Source: a virus
Virus record (IMG/VR): IMGVR_UViG_3300038466_000012
Location: 1 to 41,602 of that record
DNA: 41,602 bases
Direction: 5' to 3' (one strand)
Part shown: in pieces, positions 1 to 7,935 of the stretch
Numbering within the stretch: the first letter of the stretch is position 1
Layout of the letters: each line of letters starts with the position of its first letter
Position numbers and translations under genes: made by a program
Notes under the pieces: generated by a model
Database searches by the model: none
What the model was told of the DNA's origin: nothing
The model's input: the letters and a program-made list of their open reading frames with translations, nothing else

Positions 1-88
1 CTGTTGGCGAATCACCAACACCCTGTTGGCGAATCACCAACACCCTGTTGGCGAATCACCAACACCCTGTTGGCGAATCACCAACACC
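1..88. repeat. Iteron array, 4 perfect tandem copies of the 22-bp unit CTGTTGGCGAATCACCAACACC
   Basis: Units at 1-22, 23-44, 45-66 and 67-88. Each unit carries the inverted repeat TGTTGG-N7-CCAACA. The array lies inside the initiator reading frame. Confidence 0.9.
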
Positions 89-479
89 GACCACAATTAA
101 CGACAGCGGAGGCAAAGACTTGCGCGACCCTAAATACAATCTTAAATACAACTCTAAATGCAATCTTAAAAGAAAGACTGCGCAGTCTGAAAAAAAATCA
201 AGGCCGCCGTCAGAACTTGAGGCATATTTTTACGACGGGTTCTGTAAAAAATACTCAACCAAGCATCGGAAGTTTTTGGCCCACCAGTGTATTGAATTGA
301 ACCGATTATTGTCCGATTTCACCAAAGAGCAGATTAAGAAAAAAATGGATGACTGGTGGGAATGTGACTTGAATATAAAAGGCCGGAGGTCAATCGGGGC
401 TTTCCTTGCCTGGTTCGACTCCATCGAACACGTCGAAACGCTGGAAGAACGCAAGCGACGCCTGGGGATCATCGAATGA
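1..479 (+). CDS. Replication initiator, lambda O-like, C-terminal part (5' part is at 41169..41602 across the window junction)
   Basis: The frame of ORF 48..479 stays open back to nt 3 through the repeats (..PVGESPTPTTINDSGG..). The C-terminal segment (..KKMDDWWECDLNIKGRRSIGAFLAWFDSIE) resembles the W-rich C-domain of lambda O. An ATGA overlap joins it to the next gene at 476. Confidence 0.7.
   Translation, partial: VGESPTPCWRITNTLLANHQHPVGESPTPTTINDSGGKDLRDPKYNLKYNSKCNLKRKTAQSEKKSRPPSELEAYFYDGFCKKYSTKHRKFLAHQCIELNRLLSDFTKEQIKKKMDDWWECDLNIKGRRSIGAFLAWFDSIEHVETLEERKRRLGIIE
131..178. repeat. AT-rich 12-mer tandem repeats next to the iterons (candidate DNA-unwinding element)
   Basis: TAAATACAATCT (131-142), TAAATACAACTC (143-154), TAAATGCAATCT (155-166), TAAAAGAAAGAC (167-178). 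They are in frame inside the initiator gene and encode PKYNLKYNSKCNLKRK. Confidence 0.75.
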
Positions 480-1027
480 CAAACGACAAAGATCGACTCG
501 TCAACCACTGGATGGCCCGCTTCAAAGAGAACTGGCCCCGCATGGACGCCGGCAAAACCGCGCAGATCGAACGGTTCCTCTACGAGCAAAAAGAAGATAT
601 GATCGAAATCGTCAGCCGAAAAATCATGAGCGATTACAAATTTCCTCCGGTCTATGCCGACCTGATTGACATACAAAATTCATTAACCGCGTCTCGCTCG
701 CAGCAGAAAAATACCGAGGCCTGGGCGAACCTGCCGGTCCTGACTCCCGAGCAACACCGGCGCTCGGCATGGTTTATCGCCAACTGCCGGGCCGCTGAAA
801 TGACCGAAACGCTCGAGGAGTGGCAGCAGGTGATGCACCAGATCGCCGACCAGTGCCAGCGGTGGGGCGGAGAGTATGCTTTGGTCGCCGAACAGATGGC
901 AATGCGGATCGCCAACGAGAAATCCCGGCGGGAACAATCACGGACGAAAACTACACCGGCCAGCGGACGGCCGACCCACCGGGTGTTCCGGCACGGATTC
1001 GTCGAGTATCAGCAGAAGGGAGCGTAA
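476..1027 (+). CDS. Hypothetical protein occupying the position of lambda P (helicase loader) directly after the O-like gene
   Basis: 183-aa ORF with an ATGA overlap onto the upstream stop. I recognise no motif; the functional hint is position only. Confidence 0.6.
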   Translation: MTNDKDRLVNHWMARFKENWPRMDAGKTAQIERFLYEQKEDMIEIVSRKIMSDYKFPPVYADLIDIQNSLTASRSQQKNTEAWANLPVLTPEQHRRSAWFIANCRAAEMTETLEEWQQVMHQIADQCQRWGGEYALVAEQMAMRIANEKSRREQSRTKTTPASGRPTHRVFRHGFVEYQQKGA

Positions 1028-1029
1028 AA

Positions 1030-1407
1030 ATGGCTTTCGTCAAATTTGATAACCGGCTGACGATGGGGCCGCCAAGCCAAAAGAAACTGTGGGACCGTGG
1101 CCGGCTACCGGTGATCATCCTGAACAACCTCTTCGCCGATATCTCCGACGATTTGATTCCTGCCGGATCTAAATGCGTCGAGCTTTTTTTCGATCCAGAA
1201 AATTATCTCATCGGGTTTCGCTTCTGGAAATACGCGGTCACCGGCGCCTTCAAAATCTGCGACCACCGCAAATACCACGACCGGCGCTACGTCAGCATCG
1301 AGGGGCTACTCGCCGAATATCATATCGTCATCCCGCCGGGAGAGACAATCAACTACAACGCCGATGAGGTGGGGAATGACGCGAATTTATTTTTAATCTC
1401 ACTTTAA
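1030..1407 (+). CDS. Hypothetical protein
   Basis: ATG at 1030 sits 2 nt after the upstream TAA and is preceded by AAGGGAG. 125 aa, in frame within track ORF 820..1407. Confidence 0.6.
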   Translation: MAFVKFDNRLTMGPPSQKKLWDRGRLPVIILNNLFADISDDLIPAGSKCVELFFDPENYLIGFRFWKYAVTGAFKICDHRKYHDRRYVSIEGLLAEYHIVIPPGETINYNADEVGNDANLFLISL

Positions 1408-1413
1408 TCTGCC

Positions 1414-1998
1414 ATGATACCGATTGACAAAAAACAAAACGATCCTCCGCCATCAGGATTGTTTTTCTCATCAAGGGATCAACAAGAACCAGCGCAGGGG
1501 AAAGAACTGGCCGCAGTATTTGGGTGGCATAGTCAAAGCCCTTGGGTGAAGGGGGCGAACTTTGATGTCATCAATTGGCGATCAATCGAACGGTTGTTCG
1601 GTGTGCGCCGACCGCTGGTCTTCGGCAAAGTCACCTACACAAAAGAGATGATGGCCTTAACTAAGTGGTGTTCCTGCCGGCTAAATTGTGAGAGTGAAAA
1701 AAAAGAATGGATACGACAGTTGATTAACAGAAACTTCGTTATCCATTCGGTGACGGTTCGCGAGAAATGGCGGGGTGGCTTCTATACTCGCGATTATGAA
1801 TTTATTGCCGTTGTTACCGGTCAGGTGAAAATAATTGATTGGGTTTTTACCGGCCAGCGGGAAATCATCAAACCAGGGGAGGCGAGGCATGACTATAAAA
1901 TCCGATATCAAACCGACGGGCATGACCACCGTCAAGCAGTACCGCAAAAAATTCCCGTGGTTCTTCGACCGCAGCGCCCAGGAAAACAACGGCGATAG
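1414..1998 (+). CDS. Hypothetical protein
   Basis: 194-aa ORF with no clear RBS. The last ~110 nt overlap the next gene, so the true 3' region is uncertain. Confidence 0.5.
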   Translation: MIPIDKKQNDPPPSGLFFSSRDQQEPAQGKELAAVFGWHSQSPWVKGANFDVINWRSIERLFGVRRPLVFGKVTYTKEMMALTKWCSCRLNCESEKKEWIRQLINRNFVIHSVTVREKWRGGFYTRDYEFIAVVTGQVKIIDWVFTGQREIIKPGEARHDYKIRYQTDGHDHRQAVPQKIPVVLRPQRPGKQRR

Positions 1999-2287
1999 CG
2001 AGTACCGCGTCGGCAACGGCTGGCTCTACGTCCTGCGCAGTCCCGGACTGAAAGCAAACTGGACCGCCTACGCTCCCGACCCGGACAACCCAGGGACCCT
2101 GCTGGTCATTTCCGCCGGCAAGCGGGTAAAAAAAGACGACTGCACCGACGTTGTCCGCAACGTGCGGAGCGTGTCATTCCGGCCCAAACCACGACCCAGG
2201 AAGCAGCTGGAACGAGTCCACGCCGGGTCCAGCCGCACCGATTACGTCCTGTACAAAATCTGCTGGAAGCGAAAACCTGCAAAATAA
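1889..2287 (+). CDS. Hypothetical protein
   Basis: ATG at 1889 is preceded by GGGGAGG, in frame within track ORF 1835..2287. 132 aa with a basic C-terminus. Confidence 0.55.
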   Translation: MTIKSDIKPTGMTTVKQYRKKFPWFFDRSAQENNGDSEYRVGNGWLYVLRSPGLKANWTAYAPDPDNPGTLLVISAGKRVKKDDCTDVVRNVRSVSFRPKPRPRKQLERVHAGSSRTDYVLYKICWKRKPAK

Positions 2288-2369
2288 TTTCCCCGCGTTT
2301 ACCCATTGTCAAATAACGACATACGGCGAATTTTCCCATCCGCACCGCCCCGCTCCGTCCAAGAAGTTA

Positions 2370-2397
2370 TTGACACCTCCGCAAAAATGCGTATAAC
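2370..2397 (+). promoter_or_regulatory. Sigma70-like promoter upstream of the methyltransferase/packaging genes
   Basis: TTGACA (2370-2375), 16-nt spacer, TATAAC (2392-2397), in the 128-nt gap before ATG 2416. Confidence 0.5.
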
Positions 2398-2415
2398 CTG
2401 CGGCAGGAGTTGACG

Positions 2416-3708
2416 ATGAAGATCGAGCAAATTAAAATCCGGGAGCTGAAGGAGAACCCGAAAAACCCGCGGCTTAACGATCCAGCAGTGGACGCCGTGG
2501 CCCGGTCGATCCAGGCCTACGGCTTCAATAACCCGATCATCACCGATGAGCAGTTGAACATCGCGGCTGGTCACACCCGGTTGAAAGCGGCAATCAAGCT
2601 CGGGCTGGAGACCGTCCCGGTCATCCGTGTACCGGGCCTGATCGGCACCAAGTTCACCGGGTACGCTATCGCCGACAACCAGACGGCCACCATTGCCACT
2701 TGGGATGACGACGTCTTAAAACAATTGGTCGCCGCCCTGAACGAGGATGACAGTTTTGATCTGCTTGATTTGGGATTCGACGAACACGCTTTGTCGGTAT
2801 TACTCGAAGCGCCGACGGACGAAGATAAAGAAAACGCAGTCCCAGATATACCAAAAATCCCAATTACAAAACTTGGCGACGTGTGGCTGTTGGGCGACCA
2901 TCGGCTAATCTGTGGGGATGCGACGAATGAGGTCCAAGTAAAAATACTCATGGAAAAAGAAACCTCGTCACTCTGTTTTACGAGTCCCCCATACAACAAG
3001 CAACGTGATTATAAAAACAAAATAGTTGATTGGGATGCGCTTATGATCGGTGCGTTTCGTTGTTTGCCCGTCAAAGATGATGGTCAGGTATTGGTGAATT
3101 TAGGATTGATTCATCGCGAAGGGAAATGGGTTGAATACTGGCGGGTATGGATGAATTTTATGATCGATGCTGGCTGGAATAATTTTGGGTGGTACGTGTG
3201 GGATCAGGGAAGCGGGCTTCCGGGCGATTGGAATGGACGACTTGCCCCGAGCTTTGAGTTTATTTTTCATTTTAACCGAGCAGCTATAAAACTCAATAAG
3301 TGCATTAAAACTAAACCAGATACCGTAAAGCGCGGTCGTAAATCGAAAAACGGTAAAGGACTGAGGGGTACCGATGGGGTTGTGAGGGGAATTTCATCAC
3401 CAAGTAAAGTCGGACAAAAATATAAAATACCAGATAGTGTTTTACGCATAACGAGAAATATGTCTTCTTCGCGGCATCATCATCCTGCGACATTTCCAGT
3501 TGCATTGCCAGAATTAATATTACAGACATATTCTCAATCTAGTCATATTTGTTATGATCCCTTCGTCGGCTCTGGCACCACAATCATCGCCGCCGAGAAA
3601 TTGAATCGCCGCTGTTTTGCCATCGAAATCGATCCCGGTTATTGCGACGTCGTCGTCGAACGCTGGGAGCAATTTACCGGCGGAAAAGCGGAAAGGCAGG
3701 TCGCGTAA
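2416..3708 (+). CDS. ParB-like nuclease domain fused to a beta-class N6A/N4C DNA methyltransferase
   Basis: The N-terminus (IRELKENPKNPR..AAGHTRLKAAIKLGLETVPVI) matches the ParB-nuclease pattern. Motif IV is TSPPY and motif I is DPFVGSGTT; the IV-then-I order indicates beta class. RBS AGGAG lies 7 nt before ATG 2416. Confidence 0.85.
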   Translation: MKIEQIKIRELKENPKNPRLNDPAVDAVARSIQAYGFNNPIITDEQLNIAAGHTRLKAAIKLGLETVPVIRVPGLIGTKFTGYAIADNQTATIATWDDDVLKQLVAALNEDDSFDLLDLGFDEHALSVLLEAPTDEDKENAVPDIPKIPITKLGDVWLLGDHRLICGDATNEVQVKILMEKETSSLCFTSPPYNKQRDYKNKIVDWDALMIGAFRCLPVKDDGQVLVNLGLIHREGKWVEYWRVWMNFMIDAGWNNFGWYVWDQGSGLPGDWNGRLAPSFEFIFHFNRAAIKLNKCIKTKPDTVKRGRKSKNGKGLRGTDGVVRGISSPSKVGQKYKIPDSVLRITRNMSSSRHHHPATFPVALPELILQTYSQSSHICYDPFVGSGTTIIAAEKLNRRCFAIEIDPGYCDVVVERWEQFTGGKAERQVA

Positions 3709-3710
3709 TT

Positions 3711-4205
3711 GTGCCGCGCAAAGGACACTCAGGCAAGCCGCTGCCGACCGCGCTCGTGGCTCAAATGCGCGATGAGTACGTGGCCGAACAAAATATATCT
3801 AAAATTGCAAAAAAGTTTGGGATATCTCAACCAACGATTGATAAATACCGGCGCGAGGATCGCTGGGACGAATACGCCGAGCGAATCAAAAAACGAACTG
3901 CCGAACTCTCCATCGAAAAGCTGGCAAAAAACAACGCGAAGCACGTCCTGCTGCTGGACAGCTATCTCTCATTGCAGGCCAAGGCGCTCGTCCGCGAGCA
4001 GAACAACGAGAAGCACGAACTGTCAATTCTTGGCATTGATAAAGCGGTACGCTGCCTCCAGCTTTTGCTTGGCAATCCTGACAGCCGGGTTGATGCAAAC
4101 CGAAAGCTCAGCATCTACGATCTGGCAGATGAACTTGAAGGCGTCGATGAACAAGTGCTCCGAGATCGAATTAAAAACCTGCGAAACGGCGCTGGAAAAG
4201 ATTAA
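3711..4205 (+). CDS. terS: Terminase small subunit (HTH-containing)
   Basis: GTG at 3711 follows the upstream TAA directly. HTH-like ISKIAKKFGISQPTIDKYRRE is followed by a helical C-terminus. It sits immediately upstream of terL. Confidence 0.6.
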   Translation: MPRKGHSGKPLPTALVAQMRDEYVAEQNISKIAKKFGISQPTIDKYRREDRWDEYAERIKKRTAELSIEKLAKNNAKHVLLLDSYLSLQAKALVREQNNEKHELSILGIDKAVRCLQLLLGNPDSRVDANRKLSIYDLADELEGVDEQVLRDRIKNLRNGAGKD

Positions 4206-5781
4206 GACGCCGTTGTTGTGGTGGACAAAGCGCTATCACCGCACCGAGAAGGGTGAGACGGTTGACTTCGATCAATGGAAGCACTTAGTCGGTCCGTATT
4301 CCGACGACGCCAAGAATATCGTGATTATGAAGGACACGCAGACCGGTTGGAGTGTCCGTATGCTGGCCGAGGTCTGGTATCGGTGCGCCGCCGGCTGGTC
4401 GGTATTCTACGTTCTGCCCACGCAAACAATCCGCAACACGTTTGTCAAAAACCGCATTGACACCGGGCGCGATGCCATGCCGTACTACGCCGAGTTGATC
4501 GACAAGGCCGTCGGCAAGTCGGATGAGGTCGGGATGAAACATATCGGCCCCGGCGTCGTCAAGTTTGTCGGGTCGAATGCAATCTCCGAGTTTGGCGAGT
4601 TTCCGGCTGACGAATTAATCATCGACGAATACGACCGTTGCGACCAGGAAAACATCCCCTTTGCGTATGACCGGCTCGACGCGTCGGATTACAAATACAC
4701 GCGCATTCTGGGCAACCCGACGATTGACGGCGTGGGGATTCATCGGCTGTTTGAAAAGTCGGATCAGCGGTCGTGGATGATCCGCTGTCCGCACTGCAAC
4801 GAACGGCAGCCGCTGGACTGGTTCAAAAACGTCGTGCGCGAGACCGGCGATAAATCGTTTGAGTTGATTGACCGAGAATGGTCGATAGATGCAGGCCGGG
4901 ATATTCAGGTCTATTGTTCCTCCTGTTGGGAACCGGTGGATCGGTTAGCGGCCGGGGAATGGGTTGGCACATACCCCGACCGCGCCATCCACGGCTACCA
5001 CTTCAACAAGATCGCCTTTCACAAATGCACCGTCGCCGAGTTATGGGGCTGGTGGCTGGCGGCCCAGGGCAACGAGTATATGCTCCAAAACTTTTGGAAC
5101 TCGAAGCTCGGCCTGCCCTATTCCTCGGAATCAATTGGCCTGACCCAGGCGATGATGGATCGGCTGATTGCCGACTACACCATGCCGTCGCAGTCTCGCG
5201 CGGCGTGTGTGTGCGGTATTGACGTGGGGACGCAACTGCATATTCGCATTGACGAACCCGTGGAGGAGAAGCTCCGCGCGGTATACATCGGCACAGTCAA
5301 CACGTTCGAGGAAGCCGACCTGATCGTCAATACCTACAACGTCAACACCGGCGTCGTCGATGCCCGGCCTGAGACGCGGGCGGCGCGGCAATTCATCGAC
5401 CGGCAAAAGGGCAACTGGTATCTGTGCCAGTACGTGGCGACCGATAAAGTCACGTCGAAAAACTCCGACATGTCAGAATTTTGGATGGAGGTCCGGCACG
5501 CGGAGCGGATCGTCAACACCGACCGCACGCAGAGCATGGACGCCAGTCATGCGGCGCTGGTGCGCGGGAGCGTGATCCTGCCGACCGGGGCCGGGTCGAT
5601 CAAGGATTTTTACGACCAGATGATTTTCGCCAAGCGGATGTTTGACGAGAAGCGCGGGCTGTACTACTGGACGGGCGGATTGGGACATACCGAGGAAAAG
5701 GGCCCCGACCATTACCGGCACGCCGAGAATTACAAAAACATTGCGGCCCGGATCAGCCGCACGTCATGGGCGCTGATATGA
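4147..5781 (+). CDS. terL: Terminase large subunit, lambda GpA-type
   Basis: NIVIMKDTQTGWSVRM..VLPTQTIRNTFVKNRID matches the GpA-family ATPase pattern, and a CPHC..CSSC metal-binding-like insert is present. The start is uncertain: in-frame ATGs lie at 4093, 4129 and 4147. The N-terminal part of track ORF 3709.. overlaps terS and looks non-coding. Confidence 0.85.
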   Translation: MNKCSEIELKTCETALEKIKTPLLWWTKRYHRTEKGETVDFDQWKHLVGPYSDDAKNIVIMKDTQTGWSVRMLAEVWYRCAAGWSVFYVLPTQTIRNTFVKNRIDTGRDAMPYYAELIDKAVGKSDEVGMKHIGPGVVKFVGSNAISEFGEFPADELIIDEYDRCDQENIPFAYDRLDASDYKYTRILGNPTIDGVGIHRLFEKSDQRSWMIRCPHCNERQPLDWFKNVVRETGDKSFELIDREWSIDAGRDIQVYCSSCWEPVDRLAAGEWVGTYPDRAIHGYHFNKIAFHKCTVAELWGWWLAAQGNEYMLQNFWNSKLGLPYSSESIGLTQAMMDRLIADYTMPSQSRAACVCGIDVGTQLHIRIDEPVEEKLRAVYIGTVNTFEEADLIVNTYNVNTGVVDARPETRAARQFIDRQKGNWYLCQYVATDKVTSKNSDMSEFWMEVRHAERIVNTDRTQSMDASHAALVRGSVILPTGAGSIKDFYDQMIFAKRMFDEKRGLYYWTGGLGHTEEKGPDHYRHAENYKNIAARISRTSWALI

Positions 5782-7802
5782 TAAAGTTTTTGAAAAACGT
5801 CGCTGATAGTTTTCGCCGCAAGGGGATGTCGATCTACGTGTCGAATAAGGCGGTGACGATTTCGCAGACCGCGATTGAGGGGCGCAACGCCTACAAGAAG
5901 AACGGCTTTCTCGCGCGGTGCATCAATGCCGTAGCCGATGCCGTGGCCTCGGTCCCGCTCAAGGTCTACCGGGAAATCGTCGTCGATGGTGAGGCGGAGC
6001 GCGAAGAAGTCCTGGTCGGGGAGTTGGTTGACCTGCTGGCGACCCCGCACCCGCAAATGACGGCCCGGCAATTCTGGCGCGCCCATGAAATCGAGTACGG
6101 TCTCATGGGCAATTCGATCTGGTATTTCCCCGATGAATACGGCGGCAAGCGGATCAACCTGCTGGACACGGATGAAATCACCGTGATCGAAACGGCGGAC
6201 GGGTTTGGGATCGACCATTACGTACGCAACGCCAAAGGCGTACAGACGCAAATCGATGTTGAGCAGGTGATTCATTTTCGCAATGACAATCCGTATCAAA
6301 AATGGATTGGCCTGGCGGTGACGGAGATTCTTGTCTCGCCGATTCTGTCCTCGTATTTCATTCGGGAGTGGAACAATAAATTCTTCGCCAACAACGCGGT
6401 GCCGTCCGGCATTCTGACAACCGACCAGACGCTTGATATGACGAAGGCCGATCAGATCAAAGAGCGTTGGAAATCGAAATATGGCGGCGTTGAAAAATTC
6501 CATGATATCGCCGTCCTGGGGGCCGGGTACAAGTTTGAGAAGATATCCGAGTCGCCGAAGGATATGGCCTTCATCGACCTGTTCAAGATCGACCGGGAAG
6601 AAATCATGGCGGTGACCGGCGTGCCGCCGGGTGTCGCGGGGATCATGGAGTACGCCAATTATGCCAATTTTGAGGCGCAGATAAGGTTGTTTTGGGAGTT
6701 GACGGTATCTCACTGCTTGGCCCGCAATGAATCGCTGATAAACGAGATGCTCATCCCGCGCCTGTGGCCGGCCAACGGCTGGTATGTCGAGTATGACACG
6801 TCGGACGTCAAGCCGTTGCAGCAGGACGCGACGGCGCTGGCGGCGCGGCACCAGATATACGTCAATACCGGAATCCTGACGGTCAATGAAATTCGCCGGG
6901 AGATGAATCTCGACGCGGTGGCCTGGGGTGATGATCCGCCGCGGCAGAGTAGCCCGTTTGACGGGTTGCTGTCCGGAGATGCACCGCATAGATTTAAGGC
7001 GCTGGATCGCAAGGACGACCCGGAGGTCGAGAAGCGCAGGGCGTTGTGGAAGGCGTTTGATCGCAAGCTGACCATGCGGTCGTCAAGGTTTGAGACGGTC
7101 ATGCGCGGGTATTTCATCGACCAGAAGAAGCGGCTGCTGGCCGCAATTCAGGATAGGATTAAATCGGTCAAGGACCCGGTGCGTCCGCTAAGCGTCGATG
7201 ATATCATGGCCTTATTTGTCGATGCTGTTGAAATGCTCAAGATGCAGGAGTTGACGGAGCCGATGATTACCAACGTCCTGCACACTGCCGGGAAAGAGGC
7301 GCTCAAGAAGATCGGCGTCGATGCGGCGTTTAACCTGCTCGACCCGCGCGTGGTCAAGTGGCTAGAGCAGAAGGTCCTGAACCTGGTGACGCTGACGACT
7401 ACGACCAGCAAAGAGCAATTGCGCGCAATGTTGATTGACGGCATTGAGCGCGGGGCGACGATACAGGAAATCTCGAAGGAAATCGGGACGCTGTTCGACG
7501 GGTTTGCCGATTATCGTTCGACGCGGATCGCGCGGACAGAGGTCATCTCGGCGCACAACAACGGGGCGCTGGAGGGATATCGTCAATCCGAAGTTGTTGA
7601 GGGTAAGGAGTGGCTGGCAACGTTCGACGATGTAACGAGGGAATCACACGCGGAAATGGACGGCCAGGTTGTTGCGCTCGACGCGCCGTTTAACGTCAAT
7701 GGCTGGTTAATGCAATCCCCCGGCGATCCTGCCGGGCCTGCGGAAGAGGTCATCAACTGCCGGTGTACGATCCTGCCGGTGATGAAGGAAATATCGGAAT
7801 GA
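5778..7802 (+). CDS. Portal protein (HK97-type) fused to a C-terminal MuF / SPP1 gp7 head-morphogenesis domain
   Basis: The N-terminal 2/3 shows the portal pattern (..CINAVADAVASVPLKVYR..LMGNSIWYF..). The C-terminus (RSTRIARTEVISAHNNG..TRESHAEMDGQ..VINCRCTILP) is the classic MuF motif set. An ATGA overlap joins it to the terL stop. Confidence 0.85.
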   Translation: MIKFLKNVADSFRRKGMSIYVSNKAVTISQTAIEGRNAYKKNGFLARCINAVADAVASVPLKVYREIVVDGEAEREEVLVGELVDLLATPHPQMTARQFWRAHEIEYGLMGNSIWYFPDEYGGKRINLLDTDEITVIETADGFGIDHYVRNAKGVQTQIDVEQVIHFRNDNPYQKWIGLAVTEILVSPILSSYFIREWNNKFFANNAVPSGILTTDQTLDMTKADQIKERWKSKYGGVEKFHDIAVLGAGYKFEKISESPKDMAFIDLFKIDREEIMAVTGVPPGVAGIMEYANYANFEAQIRLFWELTVSHCLARNESLINEMLIPRLWPANGWYVEYDTSDVKPLQQDATALAARHQIYVNTGILTVNEIRREMNLDAVAWGDDPPRQSSPFDGLLSGDAPHRFKALDRKDDPEVEKRRALWKAFDRKLTMRSSRFETVMRGYFIDQKKRLLAAIQDRIKSVKDPVRPLSVDDIMALFVDAVEMLKMQELTEPMITNVLHTAGKEALKKIGVDAAFNLLDPRVVKWLEQKVLNLVTLTTTTSKEQLRAMLIDGIERGATIQEISKEIGTLFDGFADYRSTRIARTEVISAHNNGALEGYRQSEVVEGKEWLATFDDVTRESHAEMDGQVVALDAPFNVNGWLMQSPGDPAGPAEEVINCRCTILPVMKEISE

Positions 7803-7865
7803 CATAGAGTGTGATGATACAGTCAATCCCGCTTGGCCGGCGGGGTTAATGACGCCGAAAATCCT

Positions 7866-7916
7866 TCCCCCGTGAGACTGCTTTGGAAGGTAGCAGTCCT
7901 CGCGGGGGATTTTTTT
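7866..7916 (+). terminator. Strong rho-independent terminator-like hairpin between portal and protease-capsid genes
   Basis: A ~16-bp GC-rich stem (TCCCCCGTGAGACTGCT / AGCAGTCCTCGCGGGGGA) has one bulge, one G-U pair and a 9-nt loop, and is followed by T7 (7910-7916). Confidence 0.75.
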
Positions 7917-7935
7917 CGGTCTCGAAAGGAACAGC

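Noticed and set aside
4-300. Track ORF 4..300 (98 aa) through the repeats
   Set aside because: It is the out-of-phase reading of the iterons and AT-rich repeats. The frame of 48..479 gives a plausible conserved-looking C-domain and couples to the next gene.
3709-4146. N-terminal 146 aa of track ORF 3709..5781 as part of terL
   Set aside because: This stretch is the alternative frame of the terS gene and has an implausible Cys/Arg/Ser-rich sequence. The GpA-like similarity only begins after the ATG cluster at 4093-4147.
5730-6989. 419-aa ORF on the minus strand
   Set aside because: It lies entirely antisense to the portal gene, which has clear family motifs. The product is Arg/Pro/Gly-rich with no motif, typical of shadow ORFs in GC-rich coding DNA.
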